Source: a virus
Lineage: Duplodnaviria > Heunggongvirae > Uroviricota > Caudoviricetes
Virus record (IMG/VR): IMGVR_UViG_3300036819_000070
Strand: one strand, 5' to 3'
DNA: 64,000 nucleotides
Shown in pieces: positions 25,620-34,036 of the stretch. Below the pieces are notes generated by a model. That model had not been told where the DNA came from, did no database searches, and saw only the letters and a list, made by a program, of their open reading frames with translations. The translations under genes and the position numbers were made by a program. Numbering within the stretch: position 1 is the stretch's first letter; each line of letters opens with the position of its first letter.

Positions 25620-26563
25620 ATGTCCGGGTGGTCGAACTCCAATGCTTTGTCGACTGCCGGGTTGTTGAGTTGGCTTTTGAACGTGACTACCGGGCGGGGG
25701 CCCAGTAGCAGTGCTTCGTGCTCGCCGGCCATGACCCGGAGGGCTTTGTCGATTTCAGCGGCGCGGTCCTTAGCGGCCTTCTCAGCGGCTTTCAGTTCGG
25801 CGCGTTCGATCAGCATTTGCCGTAGGTACGCGGGCCATTCCGCTTCGACGGCGGTGCCGGGTTGCGCGGTCGGCCACCGCAACGAGATCTCCTCATCGGT
25901 GATGGTGTCCAAATCCACCGGCGGTGGTGTGTCGGTGTCGATGTAGGAGTCCCACCACACGTGGGCGCGTTTCCGCATCCGGTCGATCAATGCGTCGTCG
26001 CGTTCCACCGGTCCACGGATTTGTGGTTCCTGGTCAATGGTGTAGGCCGCGAACCACACGTGGGTGCGGCCAGTGACCATGAGCTGCCATTGACCTTGGA
26101 CGTAGGCGTGGCGGGCGATGCCGCCGTGGCGCCATTCCGCGCCGACTTTCGCCCACGACCCGATGGTTTTCACCTCAAGGCAGCCCCCGTCAGCGGTCAA
26201 TCTGTCGGGGGTGGCCCGGAGGATCGGTGTTTCTTTGTGTTCGACCAGGCCGCAGCGCCGGACCACGAGCTTTGTTTGCTCGGAAAAGAACTCGACTACG
26301 TGCGGTTCCAACCAGTTGCCGCGCCGCATCGCTTCGGTTTGTTCCTGGTGTTCCGCGCGCCCCGTTTTGTCAAGCCATAGCTCGTATTCGCTGCCGTATT
26401 CCGATACCCCCATCAGGAGCGCGACGTCGGACGATCCGATTCCTTTGCGGCGTTCGTCAAGCCACTGATCGCGGGGTGCGTCAGCGCCCAGTACCAGTTG
26501 CCCGGTGGGCATTGACCACGGGTTGACTGGTTTGATTTCCGACCATGGACGGTGACCGGTCAT
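25550..26563 (-). CDS. YqaJ/lambda-Exo-like (PD-(D/E)XK) recombination exonuclease
   Basis: GIGSSDVALLMGVSEYGSEYELWLDKTG...EHKETPILRATPDRL...LEVKT typical of YqaJ viral recombinase exonucleases. Confidence 0.7.
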   Translation of the reverse strand: MTGHRPWSEIKPVNPWSMPTGQLVLGADAPRDQWLDERRKGIGSSDVALLMGVSEYGSEYELWLDKTGRAEHQEQTEAMRRGNWLEPHVVEFFSEQTKLVVRRCGLVEHKETPILRATPDRLTADGGCLEVKTIGSWAKVGAEWRHGGIARHAYVQGQWQLMVTGRTHVWFAAYTIDQEPQIRGPVERDDALIDRMRKRAHVWWDSYIDTDTPPPVDLDTITDEEISLRWPTAQPGTAVEAEWPAYLRQMLIERAELKAAEKAAKDRAAEIDKALRVMAGEHEALLLGPRPVVTFKSQLNNPAVDKALEFDHPDIWDAYIRRSSSRRIHIVKGWEQA

Positions 26564-27012
26564 AGCGCCGGCTCACCTTTGATCATGTTCAGGGTGGTCG
26601 CGACGACTTCCAACATCGCGCACACGCAGTTGGTGAACTCCTCATCGCTGGCGATGGAGTTGACCAGTGCGGAGCATGCGTCTTCGTCGTCGGCGGCGCG
26701 GGCCGCGATGAACCGTCCAGCCCACCGGATCTCGGGCCGGACGTCATCGACGTCGGCGATGTTGCCGACGGCGTCTAACCACAGTGGAACTACGACGGCA
26801 TCGGTGACGCCGGGTGGTGGGCCGCCTTGGTGGATGAGCATCGTGTCGGCCAGGCCGATCAACAGGACTTGGATGCCGGGGCCTTCGAAGCGCCCGGCTA
26901 GTTCCTGCACTTGCGAACCGGCTGCTGGCCAGTTGTCGGCGCGGGCGAAGATCAGTGCCCGCGACGACATTGCAATCGCGTCGATGCGTTCGAGGTCGTT
27001 GAGCGCGTTCAT
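26560..27012 (-). CDS. hypothetical protein
   Basis: 150-aa ORF coupled to neighbours. Confidence 0.45.
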   Translation of the reverse strand: MNALNDLERIDAIAMSSRALIFARADNWPAAGSQVQELAGRFEGPGIQVLLIGLADTMLIHQGGPPPGVTDAVVVPLWLDAVGNIADVDDVRPEIRWAGRFIAARAADDEDACSALVNSIASDEEFTNCVCAMLEVVATTLNMIKGEPAL

Positions 27013-27413
27013 CGGCGTCCACCGCCGAACAGGTCCCGGCCGCCAGCTGGGGTCGCACCAGCGGAGGGGTGTCGGTGTTTGGCCGCTTGCCGGCAGCTCG
27101 CGAAGTGGCTCTTATATAGGAGTTGCCCTGGTTTCGCGGCGACCCTCCCCACCGATTGCGCGGTGGGGAGCAGCTCGTCGGTGAGCAGCAAGTTCCCGTC
27201 GGGTACCGGGTCGACATCGACGGGCATCCGCTTGCCGGTGCTGGTGCGACACCAGATGATCCGGGCGGCGCACGTCGAACACGTCGACACCACGTGCTGG
27301 TGGGGCTGGGTCATCGGTAGAGCACCGCCATCCACCACATGCGGGCCCAGGCCCACACTCGTTTGGCCGCGCGGATGAGAGCGCGTTCCTGGTTGTGCCG
27401 GCCGCGCCGCCAA
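27009..27413 (-). CDS. Cys-containing hypothetical protein
   Basis: 134-aa ORF; CSTCAARIIWC. Confidence 0.45.
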   Translation of the reverse strand: MAARPAQPGTRSHPRGQTSVGLGPHVVDGGALPMTQPHQHVVSTCSTCAARIIWCRTSTGKRMPVDVDPVPDGNLLLTDELLPTAQSVGRVAAKPGQLLYKSHFASCRQAAKHRHPSAGATPAGGRDLFGGGRR

Positions 27414-27477
27414 CCCCGTTTCAGCGGCCCTTTCCGTTCCCGCATGAGGTATTCCTCAACGGGAATGCCATTGACTC

Positions 27478-28344
27478 TCACGCTGATCCGCCCCATTCGG
27501 GAAGCCGGTTCGTGATCCGGCGCTTGTTATGCAAATTGACTAAAATCTCGGCCATTGCGTCTGAGATCCGGCCACCGCGAATGTCACGCAGTTGCTTTGC
27601 CTTGCCGATCAGACCCAGCGGGCCGCCTTCGTGTTTGCCCAGTTCGGTGACGACTTTCGCGACGTCGAGGCGCGGGTATTGACGCAGGAGCACACCTAAA
27701 CCGGAGACGATTTCGGCGCGCAACGCATTACTGTCGTGGCCCCACGCGGCGGTCGCGAGCTTGACCAACGCGTCGCAGGTCGCGAGGTCACGTCCCTCTT
27801 TCGGCGCCCGGTACACCCGCTCTAATGCGCTGACAGCGAAAAACGATCCTTTCGCTTGGGCTTTGCGGATGGTCCAGCCGTGGGATTCGAGCATCGCGGC
27901 CAGTTCGCAGGCAACGGGATCGCCTTCCACAATCCGGACCCGGAATCTATCGAGTATCTGTACTTGGCGGGTGTTGTTCAAACGGCGGAACATCGCCGCT
28001 TCCTCAGCGCGTGTCAGGCCAGTCCACAGGACACAGGCCACGGGAATGTCCCCTCGGCCGATGACGTGAACAGCGGAAATGCGGTGCTGGCCGTCGATGA
28101 TGTGGTGCGTTCCGTCGGGTCGTTCGGAAACGTGGATCACGCCCAACGCCTCACGCTCAAAGTCGGCGGCGATACCAGCGACCCGAACCGAATCGAGGGG
28201 CCGTTGCACGCTTTGGTCGACGGTGAGCAGCGCCGGCTCAATCTGGGTGATGGTGAACGTCGCCCTACTTGACGGTGGTTTCACACCTTCGAGATCGTGG
28301 GTCCGCACCGGCGGCGGGGTTTTAGTGGGGGTTGCGGTAGTCAT
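27478..28344 (-). CDS. ParB-like nuclease-domain protein 1
   Basis: HHIIDGQHRISAV ParB/Srx N-domain motif; 288 aa. Confidence 0.7.
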   Translation of the reverse strand: MTTATPTKTPPPVRTHDLEGVKPPSSRATFTITQIEPALLTVDQSVQRPLDSVRVAGIAADFEREALGVIHVSERPDGTHHIIDGQHRISAVHVIGRGDIPVACVLWTGLTRAEEAAMFRRLNNTRQVQILDRFRVRIVEGDPVACELAAMLESHGWTIRKAQAKGSFFAVSALERVYRAPKEGRDLATCDALVKLATAAWGHDSNALRAEIVSGLGVLLRQYPRLDVAKVVTELGKHEGGPLGLIGKAKQLRDIRGGRISDAMAEILVNLHNKRRITNRLPEWGGSA

Positions 28345-29198
28345 CAGCTAAGCTCCTTGCGTTCCTTCAAGAGGGCCATGAGTTGTCGGAGACTCTTTGC
28401 TCGCCGGGATAGGTCCGCCCTCCACTGGGCGGCCTGTTCTGGTGTTATGGCGGGGTCGAGCCCATCCGCTGAGGCCAGGACCATTGCCAGGCCATCGAGG
28501 CTGTTCCCTAGCAGCCGTAATGCGGGTTCTTGGACGAACCGGTATCGGGCTTCGCGCTTACTAATTGACGCGTCTGGCGCTGGCGGTGAATCGTCACCGC
28601 GCCATCCGGGGCGCGCTATTTGCCGTGGTACACCACCGGCTCTGATTCGTTCGACAAACTTGTCTTGCTGCTCGGTGGACAATCCGGCGACGCGGGCAGC
28701 GGTGGTCAGGGGCACGTCACCGGCGGCGGTGATCGCTCTTAGTCCTGCGGTACCGGTCCGGACAACCCGCTTCGCGCGGCCCATTGAGCCGATGGAGATT
28801 TCGAACGCTCTTTGGATTTGTCGTGCCGTTGGTGGTTTCAGCGCGGGGGGTTGCTCGGCCATCCGGGCGGCGACCATTGACCGCGCGTTGTTGGTGGCCA
28901 ACTTCCAGCCGTGCGCGGTGATCGCGAATAGCCACGGGTCGGCGCTGTAGGCCGCGAATCGGGGTTTCACACCGGCCTCATGGCACGCCCGGTATCGGGT
29001 GCGACCGTCGAGGATCGCGCCGAACGGGGTGCGCACGATGGGCCGTTGCAAACCGTTGGTTTTGATGTCCGCTACCAGCGCCGCGTACTTCGCGCTGGTG
29101 GGCCGCATCAGGGGGAACAGGTCAGCGGCGGGATGCACGCGGTGAGCAATGTCGTCGCCCGACGACGCCGGCACCGGTAGCGCGGTCAGGAGGGTCAT
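28344..29198 (-). CDS. ParB-like nuclease-domain protein 2
   Basis: Internal Met MTLLTAL; GAILDGRTRYRACHEAG ParB-like motif; N-terminal 150 codons of ORF 28344..29648 are Arg-rich and lie over downstream genes; ATGA coupling. Confidence 0.6.
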   Translation of the reverse strand: MTLLTALPVPASSGDDIAHRVHPAADLFPLMRPTSAKYAALVADIKTNGLQRPIVRTPFGAILDGRTRYRACHEAGVKPRFAAYSADPWLFAITAHGWKLATNNARSMVAARMAEQPPALKPPTARQIQRAFEISIGSMGRAKRVVRTGTAGLRAITAAGDVPLTTAARVAGLSTEQQDKFVERIRAGGVPRQIARPGWRGDDSPPAPDASISKREARYRFVQEPALRLLGNSLDGLAMVLASADGLDPAITPEQAAQWRADLSRRAKSLRQLMALLKERKELS

Positions 29199-29479
29199 AT
29201 CGCCCGCACCACCAGGTAGGTAAGTGCGGCCAACGCGACGATCGCGCCGCCACCGATCAGCAGCATCGCCAGGACCACGGTGACGGCACCGATGACTAGG
29301 GCCAGCGCCATGCCCAGGGCGGCGCCCATTCCGACGGTCGCGGCGAGCAACGCGAGCGCGGCGGCGATAGCGGAACCGGGTTCGGTGACCGGCTCGGGTG
29401 GCATCTCTTCCAGCGGACCGATGGTCTTGATCCACTGCTCGAAACGCGGGTCGTCGTCGGGTGCTAGTTGCTTTCCCAT
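29195..29479 (-). CDS. membrane protein
   Basis: Internal Met MGKQLAPDDD; C-terminal half is two hydrophobic helices. Confidence 0.45.
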   Translation of the reverse strand: MGKQLAPDDDPRFEQWIKTIGPLEEMPPEPVTEPGSAIAAALALLAATVGMGAALGMALALVIGAVTVVLAMLLIGGGAIVALAALTYLVVRAI

Positions 29480-29904
29480 CACGCACCCACCCGCGCCAGC
29501 TCGGCGATGGTGCGGAGGTACGCGGCGGTGGTGGTCCACGCGCGTTCCTCGGGAACCGGCGGCGTGCCCAGCGAGGCGAGTAGCGCGGTGCGGGCGGTGT
29601 CGTAACAGCTGCCCTCAACGATGATCTCCAGCGGCGGTGCCGTCGCAAACGCGGTGGCGGTCCCGGACACCGTCAAAAACGTGATCCGCTTGTCTTGGTC
29701 GGGATCAGTGACGTCGATCGTCGCGTCGGTCAGCGCGTCGGCGACGTCAGCTGCGGCGGTCAACGCATCGAATAAGCCGGCTGGGGAACACAACTCAGCG
29801 GAGGAGTCGTCCGCGTAGTGCACGTAGGCGATGGGCAGGTTCGGGTGGCACGTCAGCCAGTTGAGGAGTCGCGCGAGTCCGCTGCGAAAAGTTGTGTCGG
29901 GCAT
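29479..29904 (-). CDS. hypothetical protein
   Basis: 141-aa ORF; stop shares a nucleotide with the downstream ATG. Confidence 0.45.
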   Translation of the reverse strand: MPDTTFRSGLARLLNWLTCHPNLPIAYVHYADDSSAELCSPAGLFDALTAAADVADALTDATIDVTDPDQDKRITFLTVSGTATAFATAPPLEIIVEGSCYDTARTALLASLGTPPVPEERAWTTTAAYLRTIAELARVGA

Positions 29905-29959
29905 CGGAAAGTTGGCCTTGCCTTCTGCTGGTGAATTGGTCGACGGCGGTGCGCGCGGG

Positions 29960-30274
29960 TTAGGCGTCGGTCGACGGGGGGCCGCTGATCACGGCGGCGG
30001 CTAGCCGGCGCGCGTCGTCTTCGCTGAGGTCCGCGATGGGCGGCAGCGGTGGGCGGGGTTGGGCGGCGATGGCTTCGGCGGTGAGCCACGTGTCGCGGTC
30101 GACGTAGATTTCGAAGGTCGACGTGCCGTCGTCGTGCACGCCGTGCGCGGCGGCCACTACGCGCTCCAGCGCTTCGGCGCGTTGGAACAGGTCGATGAAC
30201 GTGTTGCGGACCCAATCCATGTGCGCCTGTAACACGCCGTGTGACATCTCGGGCACGCCAAAGGGGGCGTTCAT
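29960..30274 (-). CDS. hypothetical protein
   Basis: Internal Met MNAPFGVPEMSHG; upstream ORF portion is Arg/Pro-rich. Confidence 0.4.
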   Translation of the reverse strand: MNAPFGVPEMSHGVLQAHMDWVRNTFIDLFQRAEALERVVAAAHGVHDDGTSTFEIYVDRDTWLTAEAIAAQPRPPLPPIADLSEDDARRLAAAVISGPPSTDA

Positions 30275-30513
30275 GACGCGCGGCCCTCCGGTGGGGCGGC
30301 GATCCGGTCTTTCATCCACTGGGCCAGGCCGGCGCGGGAGTACCGGCGGGTGGCGGGTGCGATCTGCAAAAGGGGTGGTCCGGTGCCCTGCCTGGCCCAC
30401 CGCCGCAAGGTTTCGTTGTCCACTTTCAGCATGTCCGCGACCTCCCTGGCGGTGAGCCACTCGTCGTGGAGGAGGTCGGGTTCGTCGTCGTTGTGTAACA
30501 CGTCGTGTGACAT
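30271..30513 (-). CDS. HTH_17 (MerR/excisionase-type) DNA-binding protein; Cro-like candidate
   Basis: WLTAREVADMLKVDNETLRRWARQG; first gene of the long minus-strand run; divergent from 30712 gene. Confidence 0.5.
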   Translation of the reverse strand: MSHDVLHNDDEPDLLHDEWLTAREVADMLKVDNETLRRWARQGTGPPLLQIAPATRRYSRAGLAQWMKDRIAAPPEGRAS

Positions 30514-30711
30514 GACGGAGAGTTCTACACTCGTCACGCTCCGTGTGTCAAGTAAGCTGTGCTGTTCCACGCGATGTAACGGAACGCATGGCGTGGTTGA
30601 TAGACGGGTGGTAGAACTCACGCGCCACGGGCACGGCAGTCGGCCCACCGGTTCCTACGACGCGACTGTCCCGACAGCACCACTACCGCAGGGGGAGGCG
30701 GGCCCGACAAA

Positions 30712-31272
30712 GTGATGAGGATCAGCGACGTGGCACCACCTGATGACGAACTAGACGCTCAGAAGCCAACAGCCTCAGGGACCGGACATCTACGGGCGCT
30801 GCTACGTGACGCCGGGGTCGGCTCCAAATGGAGCACTCGGGAACTCGCCCAAGGTGGGCTAGGGCACATGACGTGGTACCGGCTAATCAAAGACGGGAAG
30901 CTCTACCTGCCCGATTGGGATACCCTCCCAGTCATCGCGCAGACCTTACGCGACCATGGCGCGGTTATCGATGGCACCGCTATCACATTACAGCAGATTC
31001 GGCAAGCCTATCTGCTCGATAAGGGTAAATCTCGCTCAACTGGGTACGACACGTTAAAGTCCGGCGCGGCGCAAGCCGATGTAATGGTTGGTGTGATAGC
31101 GAACCTGCCGCCAGCGAGCCAACTCCAGCTCATGGAAGACCTGGCGCCGTTCCTTCCCCAACCGCTCCAGCTCAAGTTGTTGCACACCCTCGCCGCCCTG
31201 GTGGCGGGGGAGACAGTTGAAAAGCGCGAAGGGAAACGGGATGACGACGACGGACCTGATCTACGTCCGTAA
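30712..31272 (+). CDS. immunity-repressor candidate (HTH)
   Basis: 186 aa; WSTRELAQGGLGHMTWYRLIKDGK HTH-like; divergent from the Cro-like gene across ~200-bp region containing inverted AGTTCTAC/GTAGAACT. Confidence 0.4.
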   Translation: MMRISDVAPPDDELDAQKPTASGTGHLRALLRDAGVGSKWSTRELAQGGLGHMTWYRLIKDGKLYLPDWDTLPVIAQTLRDHGAVIDGTAITLQQIRQAYLLDKGKSRSTGYDTLKSGAAQADVMVGVIANLPPASQLQLMEDLAPFLPQPLQLKLLHTLAALVAGETVEKREGKRDDDDGPDLRP

Positions 31273-31540
31273 GTTGAAGGTCGACGCTCAGGCCATCCGA
31301 ATCGGTGGCGTCACGGTCGTCCACGTACACGAGGGTCTCACTAGGGATGTACGCAACACAGCGGCCCGGCAACTGCTGCGGGTAGTGCACAGCGTCGGCC
31401 AGGAATGCGCGTCAGCTCACCTGCCCGCCGGGGCCGCCATTGAGCTACCAACACAGCGGGGAGCGTGGGTGGTTAAGCGGTCAGCGGGTCGGTCATCAGA
31501 ACCGCGATACGCGCCAGCACCGCAGGATCCTTCACCGTAG
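31241..31540 (+). CDS. hypothetical protein
   Basis: Internal ATG with GAAGGGA RBS overlapping the repressor-candidate 3' end. Confidence 0.3.
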   Translation: MTTTDLIYVRKLKVDAQAIRIGGVTVVHVHEGLTRDVRNTAARQLLRVVHSVGQECASAHLPAGAAIELPTQRGAWVVKRSAGRSSEPRYAPAPQDPSP

Positions 31541-31735
31541 GCGGCAATCCCTGTGCGACTCGGCTGGCGTGCACCCACGCGGTGAAGTCGCATCCGTCGG
31601 CGCACCCCTCGGCCGTGCAGTACTGGCACCACTCCATCTAGCGTCGCCGCTTGAGGTTATCGAAGAACTGCTGGAGTGACGCGGCGCAGAGCGCGATGTA
31701 GATGGCGATGCCGATCAGCCACAGCGTTTTCTCCA

Positions 31736-31990
31736 TCAGCCGGTCCACAGTGCTTTGATCAGCGTCTCGTGTTCGGCCATCACGGCGCCGCGCGTGGCGT
31801 TCTCCGCATTGACCGCCGCGATCTCCGCTCTCACGATCGCGAACACGTCGAACACATCCGGTTCGTCATCGGTCATGCGGGCGCCACCAGTCGGACCCCG
31901 TGTTCTTTTGTCATGTGCTGCCCTATCGACCGCAGCGTCGCGGCTTCGCCTGGGAACGCGGTCGCGTACTCGCACAACCGGCAACTCCAC
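31736..31990 (-). CDS. small acidic hypothetical protein
   Basis: Likely start MTDDEPDVFD; followed by an unlisted 32-aa TM ORF (31639..31737) via ATGA overlap. Confidence 0.35.
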   Translation of the reverse strand: MELPVVRVRDRVPRRSRDAAVDRAAHDKRTRGPTGGARMTDDEPDVFDVFAIVRAEIAAVNAENATRGAVMAEHETLIKALWTG

Positions 31991-32196
31991 AACACGAACC
32001 GTGGGTCTAGGTGGCCGTAGATCACCACCAGTTTCATCACGTCGATCGTGACAAGCATCGTGTCCACCATGGCCCGTTCGATCAGCGGAACATCACCGGT
32101 CACTGGTCGCGTACCTCGTAACCGGTGGCTTCCAAGATGCCAGTGGTTCGACCAGCACGAAACGCTATGACCGACACGGCAACCATCACCGCCCAC
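31873..32196 (-). CDS. Cys-containing hypothetical protein
   Basis: CRLCEY motif; likely internal start MVDTMLV. Confidence 0.35.
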   Translation of the reverse strand: MGGDGCRVGHSVSCWSNHWHLGSHRLRGTRPVTGDVPLIERAMVDTMLVTIDVMKLVVIYGHLDPRFVLWSCRLCEYATAFPGEAATLRSIGQHMTKEHGVRLVAPA

Positions 32197-32342
32197 AGTA
32201 CGGATAGCTCAACTACCGCGTACCCGTTCCCGTCGATCGCCTGAAACGCCACGAACAGCGCCGCCATCAGGGTTTCGCCACCGACCGCGATACGAACGAC
32301 CTCGTTGCCGAACGCCGACACGCACCACTCCTCCAGCATCAC
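32100..32342 (-). CDS. small membrane protein (2 TM)
   Basis: Two hydrophobic helices in 80 aa. Confidence 0.45.
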   Translation of the reverse strand: MMLEEWCVSAFGNEVVRIAVGGETLMAALFVAFQAIDGNGYAVVELSVLWAVMVAVSVIAFRAGRTTGILEATGYEVRDQ

Positions 32343-32662
32343 TCGGGCCGCCGCCTTTCAGTTCCCCGTAGGTCGTTCGTTTCGCGGACGAACCGATCTG
32401 CGGCAGCTTCCGCAGCCGACCCACGTTGCGCTAGGCGCGCTGCCTGAGCGGGGTGTATGCCTACAGGGGCTGTGCCAACCTTACGATCGGCGCAGTCAGC
32501 ACAGATCGCGACGACCTCACGGCGCAGGACGGCCCCGAGCATTGTTCCTGACATCCATATGCCCTGGTCACATATGGGGCAATTTGATTCCGTAGGCACC
32601 GCTGGTGGTGGTTGGTCAAGGGTCCGGCACATCAGGACGTAAATAGGTGGTTCGGTGGTCAT
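32339..32662 (-). CDS. Zn-ribbon hypothetical protein
   Basis: CPICDQG...CADCADRK. Confidence 0.45.
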   Translation of the reverse strand: MTTEPPIYVLMCRTLDQPPPAVPTESNCPICDQGIWMSGTMLGAVLRREVVAICADCADRKVGTAPVGIHPAQAARLAQRGSAAEAAADRFVRETNDLRGTERRRPE

Positions 32663-32916
32663 GCGGGCGCTCCCGTCAAACCGGCCGCTACACGCCCAGC
32701 GGGGAGGATGCTCACTGACTCAATCACCCGCTGCGGAATGCCAGTGCGCGGACGGGTAACGCCGTACTGGCACATCACGTAAGCGCGTCGCTCCAGCGCG
32801 ACCAGAGTGATTACCCGCAGGTACAGGTCATCCGGGACGCTGACACGGCCCTCCTCTTCGTTCCGCGCTATCTCAAGTAGTGCGCGCCTTTGCGGTCCAC
32901 TGAGCGGGGTGGTCAT
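32659..32916 (-). CDS. hypothetical protein
   Basis: Internal Met MTTPLSGPQRRALLEIARNEE. Confidence 0.45.
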   Translation of the reverse strand: MTTPLSGPQRRALLEIARNEEEGRVSVPDDLYLRVITLVALERRAYVMCQYGVTRPRTGIPQRVIESVSILPAGRVAAGLTGAPA

Positions 32917-33143
32917 GCGGGAACCTCCTCCTCTTGACCGTCGACCCTCACACGGTGAATCTCCATAGCCGTCATCCCCCAAGGAAGACCAGTGTCTATC
33001 GCCCGACGAACCCGGTTCCCTGCCTCAACGGCTGCGTCGCCCATATCCGGTGCCATAATGTCGTCGTAGCGGAACTCGATCTGAGCTACGACGCGTGCCG
33101 TGAACCTGTCGTTAACCATTTTCGCCCTCATTCGGGATATCAA
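32913..33143 (-). CDS. hypothetical protein
   Basis: 76-aa ORF, ATGA-coupled. Confidence 0.45.
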   Translation of the reverse strand: MISRMRAKMVNDRFTARVVAQIEFRYDDIMAPDMGDAAVEAGNRVRRAIDTGLPWGMTAMEIHRVRVDGQEEEVPA

Positions 33144-33648
33144 GGGCCTCGATCGGGGTGGCCACCTCGGCAGGTCGGTTCAGCAAATAGAAGTGGTACG
33201 CCGTCTCGACTAGCGCCAGAATCGCGTACACGCTGGTGTCCTCGGGCAGGTGAAGTGCCCGGCACAACAGACGCCGGAACTCATCGCTGAGGAACTTATC
33301 GCTGAGGCCGAGGTCGATGAGTTTGCGGATCGCTGCGTCGTGGGTGATGCCCTCAGCGATAGCAAATCGGGTCACGTCAGGTACCTGGTCGGGACGCAGC
33401 CGAACGACGTCGGGGTCCTCAGAGGTGGTAGCCGGCTCAGGTGCGTTGCCGAACTTTTTGAAACACGTGTCGATGGTCGGCGCCAGGCTGAGGCGATCCA
33501 GTCTCGTGACCTTGCTGCGGGAGTAGCTACCGACCGCGCAGAGCAGGTCCATTCCATCGTTGTATCCGTGGGCTATGGCCATCGCGTCCAGCGCTCGTGC
33601 TTGCCGCTCGGTGACCCCGCCGGTGTACGTACTCCAGTGCCTCGCCAT
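33112..33648 (-). CDS. hypothetical protein
   Basis: Internal Met MARHWSTYTGG; first gene downstream of array B. Confidence 0.5.
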   Translation of the reverse strand: MARHWSTYTGGVTERQARALDAMAIAHGYNDGMDLLCAVGSYSRSKVTRLDRLSLAPTIDTCFKKFGNAPEPATTSEDPDVVRLRPDQVPDVTRFAIAEGITHDAAIRKLIDLGLSDKFLSDEFRRLLCRALHLPEDTSVYAILALVETAYHFYLLNRPAEVATPIEALDIPNEGENG

Positions 33649-33726
33649 TCCGCGCTCCTTCCGGTGTGCACACATCCTACGGTCACCTCACAGTAGTTGT
33701 GACACGTCCGGTATGGTGCGCTCTGC

Positions 33727-33984
33727 ATGGCAGGCAGGGCGTGTTCCGGCGGGGCGAGGCGCGGCTAGGTTGGGCATGGCAGGCACGGTTCGGCACGGGC
33801 ATGGCAGGGCATGGCTCGGCAGGGCAGGCACGGTACGGCGCAGCGCGGAATGGCTAGGTCTGGCCGGGCATGGCGGGGCATGGCAGGTTCGGCGTGGCAC
33901 AGCTGGGTTCGGCTGGGCTCGGCTTGGCAGGGCAGGCCACGCACGGTATCGCTGGGCGGGGCGCGGCTCGGCTAGGCAGGCACC
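33727..33984. repeat. 0.26-kb pentanucleotide array (GGCNN)n, inverted copy of array 21665-22926
   Basis: GGCAG GGCGT...GGCAT GGCAG GGCAT... 5-nt periodic on + strand; lies between integrase terminator and start of gene 33648. Confidence 0.8.
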
Positions 33985-33985
33985 G

Positions 33986-34024
33986 AAAAGGGGCGGCTTT
34001 CGGATAACCGAAGCCGCCCCTTTT
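33986..34024. terminator. Strong bidirectional terminator hairpin (18-bp stem) with flanking A/T runs
   Basis: AAAAGGGGCGGCTTTCGG-ATAA-CCGAAGCCGCCCCTTTT, 12 nt downstream of integrase stop. Confidence 0.7.
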
Positions 34025-34036
34025 GCGCGCTGCTGG

